From the IMG/VR virus record IMGVR_UViG_2933088407_000001, positions 1 through 64,000 of that record: a stretch of DNA of 64,000 nucleotides, one strand, 5' to 3'. This document shows, piece after piece, positions 57,178 to 64,000 of this stretch. The translations under genes were made by a program, and so were the position numbers. How positions within the stretch are numbered: the first letter of the stretch is position 1; the number at the start of each line of letters is the position of its first letter. Origin of the DNA: a virus (taxonomy: Duplodnaviria; Caudoviricetes). Below the pieces are notes generated by a model that did no database searches, had not been told where the DNA came from, and saw nothing but the letters and a program-made list of their open reading frames with translations.

Positions 57178-59448
57178 CTACTCCCCCGTGGCTGTTTCGT
57201 CCGGGGCGGGGCCGAGGCCGTACATGCCGCGGATGGGCTTGCCGTCCTGGGTCTGCCCGTGGATCTTTCCGGCTTTCTTGAGGCGGGTCAGAGCGTTGTC
57301 GAAAGTCTGTCCGGATGCGCCGGCCAGCTTGGCGATCTCGTCCTTGTGCTTGTAGATGACGTCGATGCCCAGCGGGTCAGCGGTGTCTTCGAGGGCTTGG
57401 AGGATCTTCTCATCGGTGCTGGCCGGCTTCTTGGGGGCTTCGAATCCACCGAAGAAAGGGCTGGGAGAGTCGCTGAAGTCTCCGTCTGCGCCGTCCTCGC
57501 CGAGGATGGACGTGGCGGCGATCTCGTGGCGGTTCTCCCAGTCGGGCCAGTCCACCGGGTAGGCGACGGCGTTCGGGTCGATGTAGGGGGCTGCGGATTC
57601 GAGGATGAAGGTGCGCATCATTTCGGCGGCGCCGCCGGGGCCGAGGGTGTAGCCGAGGCCGAAGGTGGAGCGGGGGTCTTGGAGGGCGACGTTCTCGTCG
57701 TAGATGAGGGGGCGGTCGACGTCCCAGGCAGCGGGGATCTGGCCGGGGTCGACGCCTTCGAAGCCGGTGGTGGCGAGGTGCTGCTGGTCGGAGTCGGTGC
57801 GGAGCATGACGAGGCTGCCGCCTTGGATGACGTTGGTGCGCAGGGCGGTGGAGCCGCCGAGCTTGTCGGCGTTGACGGCCTGGTTGACGACGCAGAGGCA
57901 GATGCCGAGGGAGCGGGCCTTTGCGGCGAGGGCTTCCAGGATGATGCGGGCTTCCTTTTTGTGGTGGTCGAGCTCGGAGAGGGGGACGTGGGCCTCGTCG
58001 AGGATGAAGCGGACCCAGGGCCGTTCGGGAGTGGCCTGGAAGTTCTTCATCTTCAGGCGGGCGGATTCTTCGATGCGCCACTGCATGAGGGCGTAGGCGA
58101 CGCGGAGGGCGCCCATCGAGCCGTCTTCGCCGAGGCCGGAGTAGGCGGCCATGGTTTCGACGTCGGGGTTGGAGGAGCCCTTGGGGTCGGCGTAGATGAT
58201 GGCGTGGCCGTTGACGTGGTCGCCGAGGGCGATGATCTGGACGAGGCCGCCCTTGCCGGAGCCGGTGACGCCGGCGACGAAGACGTGCTTGGCGCCGCTG
58301 ACGGGGTCGGTGAACTGGATGCGGGCGGGGAAGCCGGAGACGTGGCGGCCGATCTGGACGTAGCCGCCTTCGGAGATTTTCAGGACGTCGGTGCCGGGGA
58401 ACGGGGTGCCGTCCTCCAGGGGGTTGTGTTGCATCAGTCGGATCTCTCCGCGGCGGGGGTTGCCGGGGGTGGGTGAGTAGGAGCACAGGAGGGTGGTGGT
58501 GCGGAGGGCTCCGGCGAGGTCGTCTTGGCTGGGGGTGACGAGGCGGGCGGTGTCTTCGTTGGCGACGACGACGGCGACTTCGCCGCCGGTGTGGGGGTCG
58601 GTCTGGACTTCTTCGAGGTGGGAGCCCTTCATCACGGAGGGGGCGACGTACTTCTTCCAGGCGCCGGCGAGGGTTGAGGGGTCGAGCTCGGCGGGCGGGG
58701 TGAGGTTGACAGTGATGTGCTTCTCCCCGACGTGGGCGCCGGGCTTGAAGGTGATCCAGGCGGCGTCCTTGCGGTAGACGGAGGAAACGTTCTCCGCGGT
58801 GACGGTGACGGATTCTCCGATGGGGGCGGTGATGGTGCCGGTCCAGCGGGTGGGGCCGAGAGTGCGGAGGGTGAGTTCCTGGCCCTTGTGGGTGCCGTCC
58901 TGGGGGTGGGAGATGTGCTGGGCCCACTGCTTGAGGATGTCGTCAGCGTCGGTCGGTGCGAGCGCGGTCGCCAGCTCCGCGGCCGCGGTCTCGGACACGA
59001 CGGCCTTTCGCGCCTTGCGGCCAAGGACGTTGCGGAGCTTCCACGGGACGAGGCCGACGGCAGCCCACCAGCCGAGGGAGACCATGCCGGGGATGGAGGG
59101 CTGGTCGAGGGCGCCGGCCATAAGGGCGTCGGCGCCCTCGGGGCCCATGAGGGTGCCCATGCCGAGGGCCATGCCGGTGGTGAGGGTGCTGATGAACATC
59201 GGGGATCGGTGGGCCTGCATGATGTCCGCGGCGGGGACGTTGGCGGCCAGGCCGCGCGGGAGGCGGTTCATATAGTTGGCGGCCATGAAGCCTGCGGCGC
59301 CTCCGTAGGCGACGGCTGCGGTGAACGCGGCGCCGCCGTCGAGGAACGGGGCCAGGACGCCGACGGCGACGGGTGCGGCGGTCGTGGCGAAGGCGACGGC
59401 GCGTTCGGTGGATGTCGCGCGGGGGGTGGTGGCGGCGGGCGTGGTCAC
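57178..59448 (-). CDS. FtsK/SpoIIIE-family conjugative DNA translocase (TraB-like)
   Basis: N-terminal TMs; AGVTGSGKG; DPKG; FILDEAH; ARSLGI; C-terminal winged helix. Confidence 0.85.
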   Translation of the reverse strand: MTTPAATTPRATSTERAVAFATTAAPVAVGVLAPFLDGGAAFTAAVAYGGAAGFMAANYMNRLPRGLAANVPAADIMQAHRSPMFISTLTTGMALGMGTLMGPEGADALMAGALDQPSIPGMVSLGWWAAVGLVPWKLRNVLGRKARKAVVSETAAAELATALAPTDADDILKQWAQHISHPQDGTHKGQELTLRTLGPTRWTGTITAPIGESVTVTAENVSSVYRKDAAWITFKPGAHVGEKHITVNLTPPAELDPSTLAGAWKKYVAPSVMKGSHLEEVQTDPHTGGEVAVVVANEDTARLVTPSQDDLAGALRTTTLLCSYSPTPGNPRRGEIRLMQHNPLEDGTPFPGTDVLKISEGGYVQIGRHVSGFPARIQFTDPVSGAKHVFVAGVTGSGKGGLVQIIALGDHVNGHAIIYADPKGSSNPDVETMAAYSGLGEDGSMGALRVAYALMQWRIEESARLKMKNFQATPERPWVRFILDEAHVPLSELDHHKKEARIILEALAAKARSLGICLCVVNQAVNADKLGGSTALRTNVIQGGSLVMLRTDSDQQHLATTGFEGVDPGQIPAAWDVDRPLIYDENVALQDPRSTFGLGYTLGPGGAAEMMRTFILESAAPYIDPNAVAYPVDWPDWENRHEIAATSILGEDGADGDFSDSPSPFFGGFEAPKKPASTDEKILQALEDTADPLGIDVIYKHKDEIAKLAGASGQTFDNALTRLKKAGKIHGQTQDGKPIRGMYGLGPAPDETATGE

Positions 59449-59536
59449 GGGGATACTCCTGGGTGCGGGTTGTAGTGATCCGAGAGGTAGAGGGCGGGAC
59501 CGGGGTGCCTCCCGGTCCCGCCCGTCGGGTTTGCAG

Positions 59537-59914
59537 CTAGTCCTGGCGGAGCCAATTCCGGTCGAGGTGGCTCATGTCGAACGCGGCTCGGGAGAATGCC
59601 TCCTGAATACCGCCGTGGGTGGTGTTGGCCTGGATGGCGGCGGCGGCCGCGGATTTGGCGGTGTTGTCGCCGGCGGAGGCGTAGGCGATGGCCGCTTCGG
59701 AGACGCCGTTCATGAGGCGCGACAGGTCGCGGGTCTCGCCGACGGTGGCGGTGTCGACGCCCATCCCGGCGATCATCTCTGCGATGCGGGCGGTGTCCTT
59801 GGCTTCCTCGTCGATCTGCTGGGCTCTGCCGCGGATAGCGTCTGAGGCCCGGCTGACCTCCTTGGCGAGGCCTTCGACGGCGGCCTTGAGCTGCTTGTAG
59901 GTGATGTCAGCCAT
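59537..59914 (-). CDS. helical-hairpin transfer-region protein
   Basis: 125 aa, all-helical; overlaps the upstream gene. Confidence 0.7.
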   Translation of the reverse strand: MADITYKQLKAAVEGLAKEVSRASDAIRGRAQQIDEEAKDTARIAEMIAGMGVDTATVGETRDLSRLMNGVSEAAIAYASAGDNTAKSAAAAAIQANTTHGGIQEAFSRAAFDMSHLDRNWLRQD

Positions 59915-61814
59915 GGGTGGTGGCTCCGTCCTTGTAGAAGTCCATTTCTCCGGGTACTTCCTCGTCGGAGTCGACGACGGCCTTGTACATGGCGCCGTAT
60001 CGGGTCTGAGCGTTGGCGAGGACTGCGGCGCAGCCGTCGGCGGCGCGGACGGCCCGCTTGTGGGTCTCCTCGGCCAGGTCGGCCTGGACCTTCGCGTCGT
60101 CCGCGGTCTTGACCAGGGAGGCGATCAGCTTTTCCCCGCCTTTGACTGACTTGGTGGCCTCCATGAGCGCGGTGGCCTTCTGGGACTGCGCCTCCGCGTG
60201 GGCTTTCAGCAGCTTTGTTCCTTCCGCGGCCTTCTTCATGGACGTCACTTTCGTCTCCAGGCGGCGTTCGAAGTGTTTGAGGGACCGGACCTCGCCGCGG
60301 CTGAGGGAGTTCCGGTCGGCGCCTTCGCCCAGCCAGACGGTGTCGGCGTCGATGCCTTTCACTTCGATGGGCTGGGGTTTGTGGTGGTCGGCGCTGCTGC
60401 CGGCTCCGCTCACGTCTTGCTCCTTTTCTCGGGCTGCGTCCTGGGCCTTGTTGCGTTCCTGGTGTGCCTTGTCGAGGTGGGCTTTCTGCCGTTCGGCGGC
60501 TTCTGTGGTGTCGGTCCAGCCGTCTTTGGCGCCGTCGCGGTAGGCCTTGGCGTGGGCGACGATCTTGGCTGCTCGGGTGCCGTCGCGGTATCCGGTCTCG
60601 CGGGATTCCTTGGTCGAGAAGGGCTTGCCGTCGGTCTTCTTGCCGGGCGTGGTCGCGGCCTGGGGCTTGGCGTCCTTGCTGGCGTTGCCGTCGTCGTCGG
60701 TTTTGGCCTTGTCCTTGGTGGTCTTGTCTGGCTTGGTGGTGGTGTCCGGCCGGGCCGGGGCGGGGTTTCCGGGCTTCGCCCCGGCGTTCTTGCGGAGGTC
60801 GACCTTTCCGGCCTTGCTGTTCTTGGTGCTGGCCTTGTCGGTGCCGGTCTTGTCGCGGCTGGCCTTCGGGCTGGGGGTCTTGCTGTCCTTGCCGGCGTCG
60901 GCGGGACCAGTGCCCTTGGTGCTACCGCCGTTGGTGGTGGTGCCGCTCTTGCCGGTGGCGCCTGCCGGTCCGGTGGCGCCGTTCTTGCCGCCGCTGGCTC
61001 CTGCGTCGCGACCGCCGTGGCTGCGGTCCTTGCCCTTGACCCTGTCCTTGGTCAGGTCGGTCTTCGAGGGCTTCGGGCCGTGCCCCTCCTTGCCCCCGTC
61101 CGTTTTGGGGCCCTTCGGCGTGGCGCCACCTCCGCGGCTGGCACTGCCGTTGCCCCCAGCGGCCCCACTGCCAGCGGGACCGCGGCCGCCCCCCGACCTG
61201 CCGCCGACGCCGGCGTCACCACCGGACCGGCCTCCCGACCCCTTGTGAGCGTTCCCGTTGGAATGGCCTTCGCTCTTCGCCGGGCCCTTGGCGGGGCCTT
61301 TCCCGGACGTACCTGAACTTCCCTTTCCGCCACCAGAAGACCCCTTTCCGCCGCCCGAGTTCCCATTGGCAGCCGAACCCGCAGAGCCCTTTCCGGGAAG
61401 CAGGCCGCCGGAGCGGTTCACGGAAATCTGCCGCGCCTCTTTCACTTGATGCGCTGCAACTTTTGCTTTCAGCATGTCGAGGCGCTTGTTGTGCGCGCCT
61501 CCGCCCTTTGCCCAGCGGGCTGCGCCGGCGAGGAGCCAGGCTCGCCAAATGCCTTTCTTGTCGGCGGTTGTGCTGCTCTTTGGGCCGGTGCTGTTCGCTT
61601 CGTCGCTGCCGTGGTAGACGGCGCTGGAGGCGCCCGTGACGGGGGCGTCGGTGGCGCCTTCCCCGGTGGTGGGGGTGAGGTCGAACGTGGTCGGGCGGGC
61701 GGGTTCAACGGGGGCGAGCATGGATGCGAGCAGCCCGGAGGGGGCGGCGCTGGGGCTGGTGTTGGCCGGGTCGTTCGGGTCGGGAACGGCCGCGGGGACG
61801 GTGGCGGTTGCCAT
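59907..61814 (-). CDS. transfer-region protein with a Gly/Lys-rich disordered centre and a helical C-terminus
   Basis: AGGAG RBS; WRAWLLAGAARWAKG; ETGYRDG. Confidence 0.7.
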   Translation of the reverse strand: MATATVPAAVPDPNDPANTSPSAAPSGLLASMLAPVEPARPTTFDLTPTTGEGATDAPVTGASSAVYHGSDEANSTGPKSSTTADKKGIWRAWLLAGAARWAKGGGAHNKRLDMLKAKVAAHQVKEARQISVNRSGGLLPGKGSAGSAANGNSGGGKGSSGGGKGSSGTSGKGPAKGPAKSEGHSNGNAHKGSGGRSGGDAGVGGRSGGGRGPAGSGAAGGNGSASRGGGATPKGPKTDGGKEGHGPKPSKTDLTKDRVKGKDRSHGGRDAGASGGKNGATGPAGATGKSGTTTNGGSTKGTGPADAGKDSKTPSPKASRDKTGTDKASTKNSKAGKVDLRKNAGAKPGNPAPARPDTTTKPDKTTKDKAKTDDDGNASKDAKPQAATTPGKKTDGKPFSTKESRETGYRDGTRAAKIVAHAKAYRDGAKDGWTDTTEAAERQKAHLDKAHQERNKAQDAAREKEQDVSGAGSSADHHKPQPIEVKGIDADTVWLGEGADRNSLSRGEVRSLKHFERRLETKVTSMKKAAEGTKLLKAHAEAQSQKATALMEATKSVKGGEKLIASLVKTADDAKVQADLAEETHKRAVRAADGCAAVLANAQTRYGAMYKAVVDSDEEVPGEMDFYKDGATTHG

Positions 61815-61941
61815 CACACTCCTCACTCTCGGTAGCTGACTTGAGTTCCTACTACTCGTCCAACGGCCCGAAAATGCCTCTTCGGGCGGGCTTCAGGGGG
61901 TGCGAGGAGGTTCTTTCGGGCCGTGGGATGAGTAGTAGGAA

Positions 61942-62538
61942 CTAGGCGGGGTTACTGCGCGTGCCCTTCTTCGCGGCGTAGACGAGGAACAGGACGAGGG
62001 CTCCGCCGCCGATGAGGAGGCCCTGGTTGACGCCTCCGCTGCTGCTGTCGCCGGCGGTCTGGGAGGAGGCGGCGGCCTCCATGTCGCTGCCGTTGAGGGT
62101 GTCGGCGTACTGGGTCTGGCACGCTTCGACGACGTCGCGGTAGGTGGTGCCGAGGACCTTGCCGACCTGGTCGTCGTGGCTTTTCACGCACGAGTCGATG
62201 GAGGCCTGGCGGTTCTTGGCCTGACTGTTCTGCGCCTTCCGTCCTGCCTCGTTGACCTGGTCTTTCCATTTCATCTTCTGGAGTTCGAGTTCTTGGGTCT
62301 TGAGGGCGATTTCCTGTGCCTTGACTTCGTTGGCGGCGTGAATCTGGTAGCCGACCAGTCCGCTGCTGGCGATGACGGCTGCGCCGATTCCGAGTGCGAC
62401 CTTGCCGCGCTTGGTCAGGCCCGGCTTGGTGGTGTGGTGGGGGCCGCCGTAAGGGGTGTTGTCGACGTATTCGGCGGGGTGGTTCACGGGGAATTCCTGG
62501 TTCATGATTCGGTCGAATTCGGGGTCGGGGGCGGGCAT
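61942..62538 (-). CDS. two-TM membrane protein (spread/transfer candidate)
   Basis: TM, coiled coil, Cys pair, TM. Confidence 0.65.
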   Translation of the reverse strand: MPAPDPEFDRIMNQEFPVNHPAEYVDNTPYGGPHHTTKPGLTKRGKVALGIGAAVIASSGLVGYQIHAANEVKAQEIALKTQELELQKMKWKDQVNEAGRKAQNSQAKNRQASIDSCVKSHDDQVGKVLGTTYRDVVEACQTQYADTLNGSDMEAAASSQTAGDSSSGGVNQGLLIGGGALVLFLVYAAKKGTRSNPA

Positions 62539-62539
62539 T

Positions 62540-63046
62540 TCACTCTCCGTTTTGTCGGGCGGTGCGGGCGGCGGTTTCGAGGAGGGTCTGGACGGCGGGA
62601 AACTGCTGGTCGGGGAGGTCGTTCCAGGCGAAGAACTGCATGCGGACACCGGCCTGGGCGAGGGTCTGCTGCATGTAGTGAGTGGCGCGGTCGCGGGCTT
62701 GGGGGGTGACGTGGCCGGTCTTTTCGAGGAGTTGCTGGGCGCCGCGGATGCAGAGCCGGCCGGTGGGGCTGGTGTCGAGGGACTGGCACCAGCCGTAGCG
62801 GCGGAGCACGGCGAGGGTCTGGTCGAGGTGCGCGGACGGCTTCTGGGGGGTGGGGTCCTGCCACCAGCCGAGGTCAGCGAGCAGACCGCGGACGGTGGCG
62901 GGGAGGAGGCGGTGCCCCCACGACGGGGCTTCGGGGGCCGTCGGGAGCCCGCGCAGGGCCTCGTCGACCAACTGCCGCGTGGACTTCGAGGGCAGCGGCA
63001 CAACGGTCGCCGGCGCTGGCCGTACAGCTTGGTCGATGCTGCTCAT
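62540..63046 (-). CDS. DUF6197-like protein
   Basis: LRRYGWCQ...G.LCIRGA ... AWND. Confidence 0.7.
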   Translation of the reverse strand: MSSIDQAVRPAPATVVPLPSKSTRQLVDEALRGLPTAPEAPSWGHRLLPATVRGLLADLGWWQDPTPQKPSAHLDQTLAVLRRYGWCQSLDTSPTGRLCIRGAQQLLEKTGHVTPQARDRATHYMQQTLAQAGVRMQFFAWNDLPDQQFPAVQTLLETAARTARQNGE

Positions 63047-63090
63047 GGCGGTCTCCTTCCGGTGCAGGTTGGGGTGTTTGCGCTGGTCAG

Positions 63091-63567
63091 TCAGCCGGTG
63101 AGGGCTTGGCCGTAGCACCGGTCAGCGTGCTCCTGGGCGTGCTTGACGGCGTTGACGAACCAGGCGATGACGTGGCCCTGGCCGCATCCGTGGCAGGTCC
63201 AGCGGACGGATTCCTCGCCGGTGTCGCGGTTGTCGGTGGGGCGGGGGCGGGTGGCGATGACCTCGACGGGGGCGTGGGCGCGGTTGTTGATGCGGAGCCA
63301 GACGTGGCCGTTTCCGCTGGTGGGGAGGTCGGGGCGGAGGGCGTAGACGGCGCTGCGGTCGGTCTCGTGGAGGCGTCCGCTGCTGTGCAGGGCGTGGAGG
63401 GCGTTGTAGGCGTCGGTGTAGCCGACGGTGGGCTGGCCGGCGCCGCGGAGGTATTCGATGACGGTGAAGGGGGTGATGCGTTCGTTGATCTCGGCGACCT
63501 GGTGGAGGTTGGCGGCGAGGTCGGCGATGAGCTCGTCGGTGGACAGCGGCTGGGCGACGGTGGTCAT
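63091..63567 (-). CDS. winged-helix plus zinc-finger hypothetical protein
   Basis: WTCHGCG ... AQEHADRC. Confidence 0.65.
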   Translation of the reverse strand: MTTVAQPLSTDELIADLAANLHQVAEINERITPFTVIEYLRGAGQPTVGYTDAYNALHALHSSGRLHETDRSAVYALRPDLPTSGNGHVWLRINNRAHAPVEVIATRPRPTDNRDTGEESVRWTCHGCGQGHVIAWFVNAVKHAQEHADRCYGQALTG

Positions 63568-63627
63568 GTCGGGCTCCTTCGGTCAGGTGTGGGTGGCTTG
63601 TGATGGGCGGTTCAGAGCGGTTGGCGG

Positions 63628-63999
63628 TTACGCGTTGTTGCCGGTGACCTTGGTGTGGACGTCCTTGTACAGGGCGCGAATGTCGTCGGTCTTCAGCCCG
63701 TATCCGGCATCGCGCCACGCCTTCTCGAAGGCGTTCTGCGAGGGGGCCGGGCCGGTCTTGCGGAGGTCGAAGTAGAGGTCGAAGGCGAGCCTGTGCCGGT
63801 CCGCTGTGCCCGTGTCGGGCCCCTTGTTCGCCTTCGCCTCGCCGGGGTTCGCCTCGGGCGTGCCTTCCTCTCGCCCCTGGGTGCGCCCTGATGCGCCCCC
63901 GCTGGTCAGGGCGCTGATGTCGTCGGGCGTGGCCTCCGGTGCGCCCTGCGGGTCGCTGGCGGGGCGCAGGGACCGCAGGGCGTAGGTCTCGGCCCGTTC
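63628..63999 (-). CDS. C-terminal part of a gene running off the window (possibly Spd-like)
   Basis: Open frame ERAETYALRS...PSQNAFEKAWRDAGYG...NNA-stop. Confidence 0.55.
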   Translation of the reverse strand, partial: ERAETYALRSLRPASDPQGAPEATPDDISALTSGGASGRTQGREEGTPEANPGEAKANKGPDTGTADRHRLAFDLYFDLRKTGPAPSQNAFEKAWRDAGYGLKTDDIRALYKDVHTKVTGNNA

Positions 64000-64000
64000 C

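Larger units (their letters stand above)
1..64000. mobile_element. Part of a Streptomyces-type phage-plasmid (siphovirus virion genes + rep/parAB/resolvase + FtsK/TraB conjugation region)
   Basis: Virion, partition, replication and transfer modules are contiguous; no host housekeeping genes and no element boundary are visible. Confidence 0.85.

Noticed and set aside
57178-59448. EccC of a full type VII secretion system or a T4SS coupling protein
   Set aside because: Single ATPase domain with a winged-helix tail; no other Ecc, VirB or relaxase genes seen in the window
1-64000. tRNA or rRNA genes, IS elements, reverse transcriptase/DGR
   Set aside because: No cloverleaf with a T-loop consensus, transposase or RT motifs recognised by eye; tRNAscan and HMM searches were not run

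Overview
High-GC, Streptomyces-type mobile element. Most real genes lie on the minus strand, and most long ORFs in the track are antisense shadows or have over-extended starts. The window combines three things. (1) A complete-looking siphovirus morphogenesis and lysis block at about 27.2-55.7 kb: terminases, portal, scaffold, decoration protein, capsid, neck, tail tube, frameshifted chaperone, tape measure, tail tip, papain-like peptidase, endolysin, holins and a collagen/SGNH fibre. (2) Plasmid maintenance functions: an HTH Rep followed by a DciA-like gene, ParA/ParB with three TTTAGCGCGCTAAA palindromes, and a Cre-like tyrosine recombinase. (3) A Streptomyces-type conjugation region with an FtsK/TraB-like ATPase at about 57-64 kb. 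Early and accessory genes include SSB, ERF, RusA, EndoVII, NERD, ASCH, two WhiB-HTH fusions, LuxR, WYL and Phd-like genes. The best reading is a conjugative phage-plasmid. Notable observations are a ParA with swapped ATPase segments, a four-copy operator that doubles as the -35 element, a UUGGCG-loop rep leader suggesting antisense control, a repeated late-gene leader motif, a catalytically degenerate recombinase paralog, a protease coupled to an N-terminally extended endolysin, and two paralogous helical-hairpin partners upstream of the FtsK gene. All assignments come from motif recognition by eye; no searches were run.
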